From positions 115,973 through 179,972 of the forward strand of contig CAZDXC010000001.1 of assembly GCA_964509675.1 (NCBI GenBank): a stretch of 64,000 nt of DNA, read 5' to 3'. Under the pieces are notes generated by a model. It saw nothing but the letters and a program-made list of their open reading frames with translations, was not told the DNA's origin and did not search any database. Made by a program: the position numbers and the translations under genes. How positions within the stretch are numbered: the first letter of the stretch is position 1; each line of letters starts with the position of its first letter. Below, in pieces: positions 35,663-44,913 of the stretch. The DNA is from Candidatus Woesearchaeota archaeon. GTDB lineage: Archaea; Nanobdellota; Nanobdellia; Pacearchaeales; GW2011-AR1.

Positions 35663-36307
35663 TTAACATTCACCTACCATGTTTCCGTTTGTTTGTCCTT
35701 TTTCAATTCCACGGTATTTGTTACTTGCAAGGTTAATGTAGTTAAGTTCTATTCCTTGGTTTTTTAACACAGCTGCTTTTTGCTGATGAATCCCTGGAAA
35801 AAACAAAACTTTCCATTTTCCAAGTTCCTCTAAAATCTGTTCATCGCTGAACTCTGTTCCGTGGTATTTTATCAGATATTTTGCAAGTCCTCTCATAGCA
35901 TAACTATGAGCGCAACCGCATGCAGGGCTTCCGTCACTAAAGATTATTGATGCTGCACCGCAACAATATTCGCATGAAATGCTTCCTGCTATTTTTATAT
36001 ATCTCTGCAGTTGTTCTCCCTGGAGCGTCTCACTCACATCAATCTGTCCGAGCCTTTGAATCGTAGCATCTGCCAATTCTGGATTGTTCACAGAAATGTC
36101 ATTATACCTAACGTTCAACTCTTCTCCATAAATTCTTGGAGTTCCTGTGGGAAGAACTTCTGAAGCAGAAACAGTTCCAAGTCCTGTTCCGATACTGGAG
36201 TTTTTTCCTGTTGTCTTTCCGATTCCATACATTAATAGTCCTGCTAAAACTACAATTACAATCATCTGAAAAACAAACCTGGAATTGTTCTTTTTTTCTT
36301 CTGACAT
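35663..36307 (-). CDS. membrane-anchored Cys-rich protein
   Basis: N-terminal TM segment, then CEYCCGAASIIFSDGSPACGCAHS. Confidence 0.45.
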   Translation of the reverse strand: MSEEKKNNSRFVFQMIVIVVLAGLLMYGIGKTTGKNSSIGTGLGTVSASEVLPTGTPRIYGEELNVRYNDISVNNPELADATIQRLGQIDVSETLQGEQLQRYIKIAGSISCEYCCGAASIIFSDGSPACGCAHSYAMRGLAKYLIKYHGTEFSDEQILEELGKWKVLFFPGIHQQKAAVLKNQGIELNYINLASNKYRGIEKGQTNGNMVGEC

Positions 36308-36396
36308 TTTGAAACCTTGTTATTTAATTAACTTTTTCAAGGAATAGCTTTTTATATCTGCTTTGGAGAAACTAGTTTCATTAAAAAATGAGAAAA

Positions 36397-36870
36397 TTAA
36401 TTCTTCAACACAACAATATTATTCATTCCACGCCTTTTTCTCTCAATTAATTGCTTTGCTTCAAGCTTATCAAGGAGCCTTGTAATTCCGACTTTTCCTA
36501 TTCCCAACTTTTCCATCAATGTATTTTGGAATATAGCGCCATTTTCATCTTGCAGAATGTCAATGGTTTTCTTTTCTTTTTCATCCAATCCGTCAAGATT
36601 CAGTTTCTTTTTTCTTTCTTTTTTTGTTTTGATAATTATCCTTTCTTTTGGTTTTGAAAACATCATCACTAACCCTGAAATAAAAATAACCCCTGTTATG
36701 CTCAGACTGAGCCATGTTTGTGTTCTTATTGTGTTATACATTGTGCAGGAAGGTCCATGAGTGCAGGTTTGCTCAACAATGCTTCCCAATGCAGAATTAA
36801 AAATCCAGACAATAATTGCTATTATAATAGAAATCCCTATAATCAAAATTCCTACATGCTTGTTTTCCAT
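36397..36870 (-). CDS. membrane-tethered winged-HTH transcriptional regulator
   Basis: Two N-terminal TM helices, then a C-terminal wHTH (IDILQDENGAIFQNTLMEKLGIGKVGITRLLDKLEAKQLIER). Confidence 0.5.
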   Translation of the reverse strand: MENKHVGILIIGISIIIAIIVWIFNSALGSIVEQTCTHGPSCTMYNTIRTQTWLSLSITGVIFISGLVMMFSKPKERIIIKTKKERKKKLNLDGLDEKEKKTIDILQDENGAIFQNTLMEKLGIGKVGITRLLDKLEAKQLIERKRRGMNNIVVLKN

Positions 36871-36909
36871 TTTTATTCTATTTTTAAGTCCTATATAAAA
36901 CTTATGAAG

Positions 36910-37305
36910 TTATTTTTTCTTTTTCCTCTCATAGTCTTTAATTGCTGCTTTTAATGCATCGCTTGCTAAATTTGAACAATGCATTTTTATCGGAGGCAGT
37001 CCTTTAAGAGAATCAGCCACGTCTCTTCTCGTTATTTTCTCTGCTTCTCTAAGTGTTTTTCTTTTTGCAAGCTGAGTTATCATTGATGAGGTTGCTATTG
37101 CAGCAGCACATCCGAATGTTTTGAATTTTATGTCCTTGATTATATCTTTTCCTTTTTTGTTTTTTCCTACTTTAATGTAGAGCCACATAATATCCCCGCA
37201 TACAGGATTTCCCACTTTCCCTATTCCATCTGGGTTTTTTATCTCCCCCAAATTTTTTGGATTCATGAAATTTTTCATAACTTCTTTTGAATATTGTATT
37301 GTCAT
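36910..37305 (-). CDS. iscU: Fe-S cluster scaffold protein IscU/NifU
   Basis: GNPVCGD, FKTFGCAAAIAT and KMHCSNLA are the three conserved Cys motifs. Confidence 0.9.
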   Translation of the reverse strand: MTIQYSKEVMKNFMNPKNLGEIKNPDGIGKVGNPVCGDIMWLYIKVGKNKKGKDIIKDIKFKTFGCAAAIATSSMITQLAKRKTLREAEKITRRDVADSLKGLPPIKMHCSNLASDALKAAIKDYERKKKK

Positions 37306-37505
37306 TTTATTTCCTCTATTTCTAATAATTCCTTCTCAGTTTCAGGAACTTTTTTCCATTTGATTTTCTTTTTGATATTGCATTTATGTATAGTTCCATC
37401 GCTATCTTTTACATCTTCAGATACATAGATGCCTGCTTCTATACATGCTTTACAATCTGTAGTTATTATCTTCCCACATTCTGGACATTTGGCATAAGCT
37501 TTCAT
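37302..37505 (-). CDS. small zinc-ribbon protein
   Basis: CPECGKIITTDCKAC...HKC in a 67-aa ORF that overlaps the iscU start by 4 nt. Confidence 0.45.
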   Translation of the reverse strand: MKAYAKCPECGKIITTDCKACIEAGIYVSEDVKDSDGTIHKCNIKKKIKWKKVPETEKELLEIEEIK

Positions 37506-37506
37506 T

Positions 37507-37746
37507 TTATTTTTCTTTTTTACTTTTGTTTAGTTTTTGGATTAATTCATCAATCTGTTTTTTGTTCATTCCGTGTGCTCTGCACCCGTCTTCTAGGGTT
37601 TCATACATTGCCATACCGCATCCAATGCAATGCAGTCCTCTCCCAAACAAAACATTTGCAGAGTTTGGATTTTTTTCCAGGATTTCTGCAAAAGTCATTT
37701 TTTTTGTTATAGTTTCTTTTTTATTTTTCATTTTATTATCAGACAT
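37507..37746 (-). CDS. DUF1858-type redox disulfide protein
   Basis: MTFAEILEKNPNSANVLFGRGLHCIGCGMAMYETLEDGCRAHGM. Confidence 0.6.
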   Translation of the reverse strand: MSDNKMKNKKETITKKMTFAEILEKNPNSANVLFGRGLHCIGCGMAMYETLEDGCRAHGMNKKQIDELIQKLNKSKKEK

Positions 37747-38038
37747 GACTCCAAATTTAGAGGATAGATTGATAAAGAAAAACAGGGGTTTTCTTTATTC
37801 TCCGAATTCATCTCCTTCTATTTCTTCAAAATTTAATCCTTCTTCTTCCAATTCTTCCTCGCATGCTGCCTCATTTTTCAAATCACAATTATATTCCTCA
37901 AATGTTTTTTTATTCTTCATCTTTATCTTTTATTTTAATTGATTCTTCAAAACTGCATGATTCGCAAGTCATCTTTTCCTCATCACAGCATGCATATTGC
38001 TTTTTTCTTTTTTTTGTTTTTTTCATTTTCTCTTTTTA

Positions 38039-39184
38039 TTATCTTGCTATTGGGCTTATCTTCCTTAATTTCATGACTATTTTAGGAAGAACTTCCAAAA
38101 AATAACGTATTTCTTCTTCTGTTGTATATTTACTTATACTTATTCTTATTGAACTGTTTGCCTGAAGAGGAGTTAATCCTATAGCCTTTAATACATGACT
38201 TGTTTCAAGGGTATGTGAAGCACATGCGCTTCCTGTTGAAGTGCAGATTCCAAAATTTTCCAAATATCCTCCAACTGACTCTCCCTCAACATTGTTAAAG
38301 GAGATATTTACGTTATTACAGAGTCTTTTTTCTTTCGATCCATTAAGCCTTATATTTGGAATTTCTAAAATTCCTTCTATCAATTTATCTCTCAGTTCAG
38401 TCATTTTTTCAATATCTTTTTTCTTTGCAACCTCAACTGCTTTTGCAAACCCGACAATTCCAGAAACGTTTTCTGTTCCGCTTCTTATGTTTCTTTCATG
38501 TCCTCCCCCATGCATTATCGGAACTATTTTTATTCCGTCTCTGATATATAATGCACCAACTCCTTTTGGCCCGTAAATTTTATGCGAATTGAGAGTCAAC
38601 AAATCAATGTTCTGCTTTTTTACATTTATCGGAATTTTTGTGAAACTTTGGCATGCATCTGTATGAAATAAAACTCCTTTTTTTCTGCATATTCTTCCAA
38701 TTGCTTCCAGGTTTTGAATTGTTCCTATCTCGTTATTTCCATGAATTACAGAAACAAGAATCGTCTTGTCTGTTATTGAATCTTCCAGTTCTTTCAGGTC
38801 AATAAATCCTTCTGCATCAACATCAAGATACTTGACATCTGCTCCCTGACTTTCAAGCCATTTGCATGCATTCAGCACGCAATCATGTTCAATTCTCGTT
38901 GTTATTATCTGATTTTTTTCAGGATAATTTGCAAAAAATAATCCTTTCAATGCAAGATTATTGCTCTCAGTTCCCCCTGAAGTAAAAATAATCTCAGAAG
39001 TTCTTGCACCTATTGCCCTTGCAATAATGTTTCTGCTTTTTTCAAGCGCATTCTTTGCTTCCTGCCCCATAAAATGAATAGAAGATGCATTCGCATACTT
39101 TTCACTAAAATAAGGAAGCATTGTCTTCAAAACTTCGTCATCTACTTTTGTTGTCGCTGCATTATCAAAGTATATTCGTCTCAT
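38039..39184 (-). CDS. iscS: cysteine desulfurase
   Basis: A class V aminotransferase fold with the PLP-Lys region SHKIYGPKGVGALY and the catalytic Cys loop STGSACAS. Confidence 0.95.
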   Translation of the reverse strand: MRRIYFDNAATTKVDDEVLKTMLPYFSEKYANASSIHFMGQEAKNALEKSRNIIARAIGARTSEIIFTSGGTESNNLALKGLFFANYPEKNQIITTRIEHDCVLNACKWLESQGADVKYLDVDAEGFIDLKELEDSITDKTILVSVIHGNNEIGTIQNLEAIGRICRKKGVLFHTDACQSFTKIPINVKKQNIDLLTLNSHKIYGPKGVGALYIRDGIKIVPIMHGGGHERNIRSGTENVSGIVGFAKAVEVAKKKDIEKMTELRDKLIEGILEIPNIRLNGSKEKRLCNNVNISFNNVEGESVGGYLENFGICTSTGSACASHTLETSHVLKAIGLTPLQANSSIRISISKYTTEEEIRYFLEVLPKIVMKLRKISPIAR

Positions 39185-39204
39185 TATGCAAAATCTCCTT
39201 TCCT

Positions 39205-39238
39205 TTTTCAGTGTTTTGCGATGCGTATGCGTAATCGC
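39205..39238 (-). promoter_or_regulatory. conserved GC-rich leader element (copy E), 20 nt upstream of the iscS start
   Basis: Plus-strand TTTTCAGTGTTTTGCGATGCGTATGCGTAATCGC. A GGAGAT Shine-Dalgarno-like sequence lies between the element and the ATG. Confidence 0.5.
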
Positions 39239-39295
39239 ATTTTGTATCCGCAGGCTTCCTGCCGAGGACTTTGAAAAATTTCCTGTTTTTCATTT

Positions 39296-39595
39296 TCAGT
39301 ATCCTGCAATTATTGTCTCAATTTTGCTTCTTATTTCTGGCTTTACTTCTCTTGTCAGTTCTATGACTCTTTTTGAACTTCTCGTTCTGGCAATCTGCCT
39401 TTCATCTTTATCCAAGATATAATTTGTTTTTATTTCCGAAATATCTCTTTCATCAATTACTGTCTTTATTGCTATATTTTCCAGATAAGAAACTACTTTA
39501 TTATAAGAAAGTATATCAGTCATTAATATCCTTATTCCAAAATAACGGCTGTTAGATAATTTTCCGTTTCCGTTGTTTCTTACCATCATTATCAT
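39296..39595 (-). CDS. hypothetical protein
   Basis: A 99-aa ORF between the ArsR-like gene and iscS. Confidence 0.35.
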   Translation of the reverse strand: MIMMVRNNGNGKLSNSRYFGIRILMTDILSYNKVVSYLENIAIKTVIDERDISEIKTNYILDKDERQIARTRSSKRVIELTREVKPEIRSKIETIIAGY

Positions 39596-39942
39596 TTGTG
39601 ATTATTCATACAGCATTTTCCTTTGCAGTGAACAAGAGCATGCTTGTCAATCAAATTCAAAATAGGAAGTATAGTATCTTTGTTTAATGAATAAATTCTC
39701 TCTTTTCCTTTTTGTTTTACATCAACTATATTGCAGTTTTTTAGTATCTTTAATGCATGAGATATTTTGCTTTGCTCAACTCCCAGTTCTTTTGTAATTT
39801 CTGTGACATTTTTTCCCTTTTTTCTCAGGCTTAAAATAATTCCGATTCTTAACGGATTAGAAAGATTGGTAAAAAAAACATGATATCCACGATGGTTCAT
39901 GTAAGGATTATACATCTTCACCTCATATGTTTTTTTATTCAT
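39592..39942 (-). CDS. ArsR/SmtB-family HTH regulator with a C-terminal Cys cluster
   Basis: HTH LRIGIILSL..VTEITKELGVEQSKISHALKILK, and a C-terminal HCKGKCC. Confidence 0.75.
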   Translation of the reverse strand: MNKKTYEVKMYNPYMNHRGYHVFFTNLSNPLRIGIILSLRKKGKNVTEITKELGVEQSKISHALKILKNCNIVDVKQKGKERIYSLNKDTILPILNLIDKHALVHCKGKCCMNNHK

Positions 39943-40009
39943 ATGAATGTATTTTCATATAGATTTATAAATGTTTAGTATCACTCCTACATTAAGAACA
40001 TAATAAGAA

Positions 40010-40537
40010 TTATCTCCACAAATCTCTAACAGCATCTTTCTGTTTTTTAGGAAGATTGGAGTTTATTATAAGTTCATTTAAATGTTTTCCGACAGTTGGC
40101 TTTACTCCTTTAAAATACTCTGTTAAGTATTTTCTAAATGCTTCTGGGTTTTCAATCTGCTTTCCATAACTGTCATAAGCTTCTTTCATTTCTCCGTTAA
40201 GGAAATAAGCAAATGCTCTTGATTCAGTATCCAACCAACCAACATATCTCACAAAAAATTCTGCATCTATGTTCCCTTTATAGTCACTCAAAAAAATCTT
40301 CTTTGATGTAACTGTTTCTTCATCTTCTGAAATTTTTTCAGTTCTATATGGTCTGTTATAAGGTTTTGGATCAAAGGCAGTTATCTCAAATTCATGGGTA
40401 GCTATAGTTCCTTGTGAATTTAAAAGAGGTAATTTTTCTTTTTTTCCTTCAAATAAAGTTAGGGTATAAACTTCTTCTCCATGTTTTTTGCAGTAATCAT
40501 TTGTCCTGTTTCTCCACTCATATTTGCTTTTTACCAT
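40010..40537 (-). CDS. hypothetical protein
   Basis: A 175-aa ORF with no recognisable motif. Confidence 0.4.
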   Translation of the reverse strand: MVKSKYEWRNRTNDYCKKHGEEVYTLTLFEGKKEKLPLLNSQGTIATHEFEITAFDPKPYNRPYRTEKISEDEETVTSKKIFLSDYKGNIDAEFFVRYVGWLDTESRAFAYFLNGEMKEAYDSYGKQIENPEAFRKYLTEYFKGVKPTVGKHLNELIINSNLPKKQKDAVRDLWR

Positions 40538-40737
40538 TCACTACTCTGAAATATTACACTTTTTAAAGATTATTGCATTCCAAAATATAATATAGAATAT
40601 TTTAAAAGAAATTTTTATTTTGAGTACTCGTCAAATTGCTCTTTTGGGATGCCTTCTTATCATAAGGAACTTTTTTAAAGATTTATATAATAAAGTTATG
40701 TGCATAGGTTCTTAAGATTTATTCAATATATCTGATA

Positions 40738-43314
40738 ATGACACAGATTTTTAATGCAAAAGCAAGAGAAGATGCAGAGACAAAAAAAATATTGCATCCT
40801 TTGGTTAGCGAATGGTTTTTTACAAAATTCAGAGTTTTTTCTCCGACTCAAAAATACGGGGTTTTAAATATTTGGGAAAGAAAAAACATTCTTATCTCTG
40901 CCCCAACAGGAGGAACAAAAACACTTACTGCATTTCTTTCTATAATAAATTATCTTGTAATGCTTGCTGAAAAAAATCAACTTGAGGACAGGATTTACGC
41001 TGTTTACACTTCTCCATTGAAAGCGTTGAGCAATGACATTCACAAAAATCTCATTGAACCTTTGGAAGAAATTTATGATCTTGCTGAAAAAAAGAAAATA
41101 AAACTTCAGAAAATTCGTGTTGGTTTAAGAACAGGAGATACAACAGCGGCAGAAAGAGCAAAAATGGCAAAAAATGCTCCGCACATACTTGTAACTACTC
41201 CTGAAAGCCTTGCAATTCTCTTAACAACGAGCAAATTTATCAACTATCTAAAAGCAGTGGAATTCTGCATTGTTGATGAAATTCATGCTCTTGACAATAA
41301 AAGAGGAGCATATCTTAGCATAACCCTTGAAAGACTGAATGAAGTTAGTATTATTTTTCCTGTGAAAATAGGATTAAGTGCAACTGTTGCACCTTTAGAA
41401 GAAGTTGCTAAATTTCTTGTTGGGATAGACAATGAAAGGGAAGTTTTTATTGCAGACGTGAGATTAAATAAAAAAATAGATATAAAAGTTCTGAGTGTTG
41501 GTGATTTGATTTATGAAGAAAATTTCGGAACAAGCATGTATAATTTAATTGACTCTCTAATCAGGCAACATAAAACAACCTTGGTTTTTACAAACACGCG
41601 TTCTGCCACTGAAAGAGTAGTCAGCCACTTAAAAGAAAAATTCCCTACAGAATATGGAGATGATACAATTGCCGCACACCATTCTTCTCTCTCAAAAAGC
41701 CACAGATTTGACATAGAAGACAGACTAAGAAAAGGAAAGCTTAAAGTGGTTGTTTGTTCAACTTCCCTTGAACTTGGAATTGACATTGGATATATTGATT
41801 TGGTAATAATGCTCGGAAGTCCAAAAAGTTCATCAAGGGCGCTTCAGAGATTAGGAAGAGCAGGACACAAGCTTCATGAAACTGCGAAAGGAAGGTTCAT
41901 TATTCTTGACAGAGACGATTTGGTTGAATGCAGTGTTATTGGAAAAGAAATGTTAGAACACAAGATAAACAAAATATATTTTCCGAAAAATTGTCTTGAT
42001 GTTTTAAGCCAGCAAATTTTTGGAATGGCTATTTACAAGATTTGGGATGTGAATGAAATTTTTGCATTAATAAAGAAAAGCTACTGCTATTTTCAACTGC
42101 CAAGAAACGATTTTTTTGATGTTATCTCTTACCTTGCAGGAGATTATGCACTGGAAAAAAGCAATGTCTATGGAAAAATCTGGTATGATTCAAAGAGCAA
42201 TCAGATAGGAAAAAGAGGAAAAATGGCACGTGTTCTCTATCTTACAAACATAGGAACAATTCCCGAAGAATCTTTCATAACCGTGAAATTGTCTCCAAGC
42301 AATGAACCAATAGGGGCAATAGACGAAGGATTTTTAGAGAGAATGAAAAAGGGGGATGTATTCGTGCTTGGAGGAAAAAAATACCTTTATCTCTATACAA
42401 GGGGGATGAATGTTTATGTTAAATCTGCAATAGAAAGACAGCCTACAATTCCTTCATGGTTTTCTGAAATGCTTCCCCTTAGTTTTGATTCTGCCATGGA
42501 GATAAACAAATTTAGAACTTTAATGAATGAAAAATTCAGAAAAAAAACAAAAAAAACTGAAATTATTAATTTAATCAAAGAATATCTCTATCTAAATACT
42601 GCAACAGCAGAATCTGTATACAACTATTTTAATGAGCAGAATAATTATCTTGAAATCCCCGATTCAAAAACACTGTTAGTTGAGAGATACAATTCCCAAA
42701 AGCATTATCTGATTTTTCATTCCATGTATGGCAGAAGGGTAAATGATGCATTATCAAGAGCAATAGGTTTTCTCTTGGGAAGAGCAGGAGGAAGGGATAT
42801 TGAGCTTGGAATAAATGACAACAGTTTTTATATTGCCGGAGAAAAAATGAACATAGAAAAAGTTATGAATTTTCTCAAGCCTGAAAATCTTGAAGAAGTT
42901 CTGAAGGAAGCAATAGAAAAAACAGATGTTCTGGCAAGAAGATTCAGGCATTGCGCAACAAGAAGTTTAATGATTTTGAGAAGTTACAAGGGAAATAAAA
43001 AAAGTGTTGGAAAACAGCAGATGAAGAGTCATTTTTTGCTCTCTGCTGTGAAAAAAATTTCCTCTGAATTTCCGATTTTGAGAGAAGCAAGAAGAGAAGT
43101 TCTTGAAGATTTAATGGATATAGAAAACTGTGAAAAAGTTGTCACATGGATAGAAGAAGGAAAAATTAAGATAAAAATTCGTAACACGCCTCTACCAAGT
43201 CCCTTTGCTTTGGGAATCATACTGCAAGGACAAAGTGACATAATAAGGATAGAAGATAAGCAAGCTTTTCTCAAGAGAATGCATGAGCTTCATATTAAGG
43301 GTATGAAAAATTAA
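40738..43314 (+). CDS. lhr: Lhr-core superfamily-2 ATP-dependent helicase
   Basis: Walker A SAPTGGTKT and DEIH (CIVDEIHAL), then helicase C motifs (VFTNTRSATE, QRLGRAGH). The 858-aa length and domain order match Lhr-core. Confidence 0.85.
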   Translation: MTQIFNAKAREDAETKKILHPLVSEWFFTKFRVFSPTQKYGVLNIWERKNILISAPTGGTKTLTAFLSIINYLVMLAEKNQLEDRIYAVYTSPLKALSNDIHKNLIEPLEEIYDLAEKKKIKLQKIRVGLRTGDTTAAERAKMAKNAPHILVTTPESLAILLTTSKFINYLKAVEFCIVDEIHALDNKRGAYLSITLERLNEVSIIFPVKIGLSATVAPLEEVAKFLVGIDNEREVFIADVRLNKKIDIKVLSVGDLIYEENFGTSMYNLIDSLIRQHKTTLVFTNTRSATERVVSHLKEKFPTEYGDDTIAAHHSSLSKSHRFDIEDRLRKGKLKVVVCSTSLELGIDIGYIDLVIMLGSPKSSSRALQRLGRAGHKLHETAKGRFIILDRDDLVECSVIGKEMLEHKINKIYFPKNCLDVLSQQIFGMAIYKIWDVNEIFALIKKSYCYFQLPRNDFFDVISYLAGDYALEKSNVYGKIWYDSKSNQIGKRGKMARVLYLTNIGTIPEESFITVKLSPSNEPIGAIDEGFLERMKKGDVFVLGGKKYLYLYTRGMNVYVKSAIERQPTIPSWFSEMLPLSFDSAMEINKFRTLMNEKFRKKTKKTEIINLIKEYLYLNTATAESVYNYFNEQNNYLEIPDSKTLLVERYNSQKHYLIFHSMYGRRVNDALSRAIGFLLGRAGGRDIELGINDNSFYIAGEKMNIEKVMNFLKPENLEEVLKEAIEKTDVLARRFRHCATRSLMILRSYKGNKKSVGKQQMKSHFLLSAVKKISSEFPILREARREVLEDLMDIENCEKVVTWIEEGKIKIKIRNTPLPSPFALGIILQGQSDIIRIEDKQAFLKRMHELHIKGMKN

Positions 43315-43778
43315 CTGTGTTTTTCTAAATGTTTCCATTCCATCCATGTAAGAATTATGACTGCCATATCCAAATCAGTAAGAAACAAAAGAACCAAAGA
43401 AGGATGCAGAATATATCTGTAAATCTGATAAATTATAAACAAGCCAAATACAATCATGGCAATTGGGTATACTTTTAATTTTTTAAACCACAAAGCGATT
43501 ATCAGTCCTACTTTTATAGTTCCATGAATTATAAGGTACAAAGCAAAGAATAATTTAAGAGATGACGAAAAATTTCCTGTTAAATTTATCAAAAAATTCG
43601 CGATAATATCATGGGGGTCCTGTAAAAGTTCATGTCGGAATAAATCTTTAACAAAATTAGAAATTTCAGAAGAAGACACTAACAACAAAGCGATTCCTGC
43701 TATGAATTCAAAAAAACTGTAGATTCCCTTAAGAAAAATAGTTATTCTGAAAAATTTATGCTCCAAAGAATATTTCAT
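43311..43778 (-). CDS. DUF2127-like four-TM membrane protein
   Basis: Hydrophobic profile plus the conserved LIIHG.IK segment. Confidence 0.45.
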   Translation of the reverse strand: MKYSLEHKFFRITIFLKGIYSFFEFIAGIALLLVSSSEISNFVKDLFRHELLQDPHDIIANFLINLTGNFSSSLKLFFALYLIIHGTIKVGLIIALWFKKLKVYPIAMIVFGLFIIYQIYRYILHPSLVLLFLTDLDMAVIILTWMEWKHLEKHS

Positions 43779-43825
43779 GAATATTGGGTTATTATTTCCC
43801 TATAAATTCTTTTATATGATAAATT

Positions 43826-44128
43826 TTAATTCATAATTTCAGCAAATTGTATTGCATCTTCCAAGGAAGAAATATAGTTTTTAAAAAGAGTTAAAATAAG
43901 CATATATTGATACTCTGCAAGGGTTTGAATATTATTATTTTTTTCAAGAACTTCTGATCTTGGCATTTCTTTCCTGAATCTATCTATGAATTCGTCCATA
44001 ATTTGCCCATCAGGATATATAAGTCCTTGTTCTGTTACACTGAAATATTTTAACAATTCATGATGTGGAGACAACTTTTTCAGAAATTCATAATCTATTT
44101 TTGTTTTCTGAATTAGTTCTCTGATCAT
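43826..44128 (-). CDS. hypothetical protein
   Basis: A 100-aa ORF. Confidence 0.35.
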   Translation of the reverse strand: MIRELIQKTKIDYEFLKKLSPHHELLKYFSVTEQGLIYPDGQIMDEFIDRFRKEMPRSEVLEKNNNIQTLAEYQYMLILTLFKNYISSLEDAIQFAEIMN

Positions 44129-44178
44129 ATTACTTAAAAATATGAAAAGTATTTAAATTTAGCACTTTATTCAAATTT

Positions 44179-44913
44179 ATGGCAAACAAAAGTTATGTTT
44201 TCATAAATAAAACTCTGTTTTTCCCGGAGAAAGGAATTCTTGCAATCGGAGATTTGCATCTTGGATATGAATATCAACTACAACAAAGCGGAATTTTGAT
44301 TCCTGAACAGCAAGTAAAAGAAGTAATTCAGGAATTGAAATCAATTTTTAGTGAAATAAAAGAAAAAAAATTCAAAATTAAAAAAATTGTTTTTATCGGA
44401 GACATAAAACACTCTTTTTCTTATGAATGGAAAGAAAAAAATTATTTCAATGAAATCATTAATTTTCTTAAGGATTACATAAAAGACAAAGATATTATCC
44501 TGATAAAAGGAAACCATGACACAATTGATTATTCTTTCAGCGACAGATTAAAGGATTATTACATTGTTGATGACTTGGCCTTCTGTCACGGGCATGAATT
44601 ATTTGAAGAAGTATTTGACAAAAAAATAAAAACAATTGTCATTGGACATTTGCACCCCTCAATTATCCTTTCAGACAAGCAGAATATTAAGAGAGAGAAA
44701 TACAAGTGTTTTTTGGTTGGAAAATTCAGAAACAAGAAAATAATCATAATGCCCTCCTTCCTATCAACAATAGAAGGAACAACAATCAATTCTCTTGAAT
44801 ATGAATACGAAGATTATTTTTCAATCATCCCGAAAAAAACCCTGATGAATTTTGAAGTTTATGTTGTAGGAGACAAAGAAGTCTATGATTTTGGAAATAT
44901 AAAAAAATTATAG
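44179..44913 (+). CDS. calcineurin-like metallophosphoesterase
   Basis: GDLHLGYE, GDIKH, GNHD and GHLHP are the conserved metal-ligand motifs. Confidence 0.75.
   Translation: MANKSYVFINKTLFFPEKGILAIGDLHLGYEYQLQQSGILIPEQQVKEVIQELKSIFSEIKEKKFKIKKIVFIGDIKHSFSYEWKEKNYFNEIINFLKDYIKDKDIILIKGNHDTIDYSFSDRLKDYYIVDDLAFCHGHELFEEVFDKKIKTIVIGHLHPSIILSDKQNIKREKYKCFLVGKFRNKKIIIMPSFLSTIEGTTINSLEYEYEDYFSIIPKKTLMNFEVYVVGDKEVYDFGNIKKL

Noticed and set aside
37750-38038. Two very short acidic or Cys-containing minus-strand ORFs (about 38 and 41 codons) between the DUF1858 gene and iscS.
   Set aside because: They are below any reliable size threshold and highly low-complexity. They are mentioned only as candidates for ribosome-profiling follow-up.
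13479-39238. The conserved leader element interpreted as a C/D-box sRNA.
   Set aside because: A CTGA is present near the ATG in two copies, but there is no proper C box (RUGAUGA) and no D'/C' pair. The spacing is too short, and copy A has TTGA.
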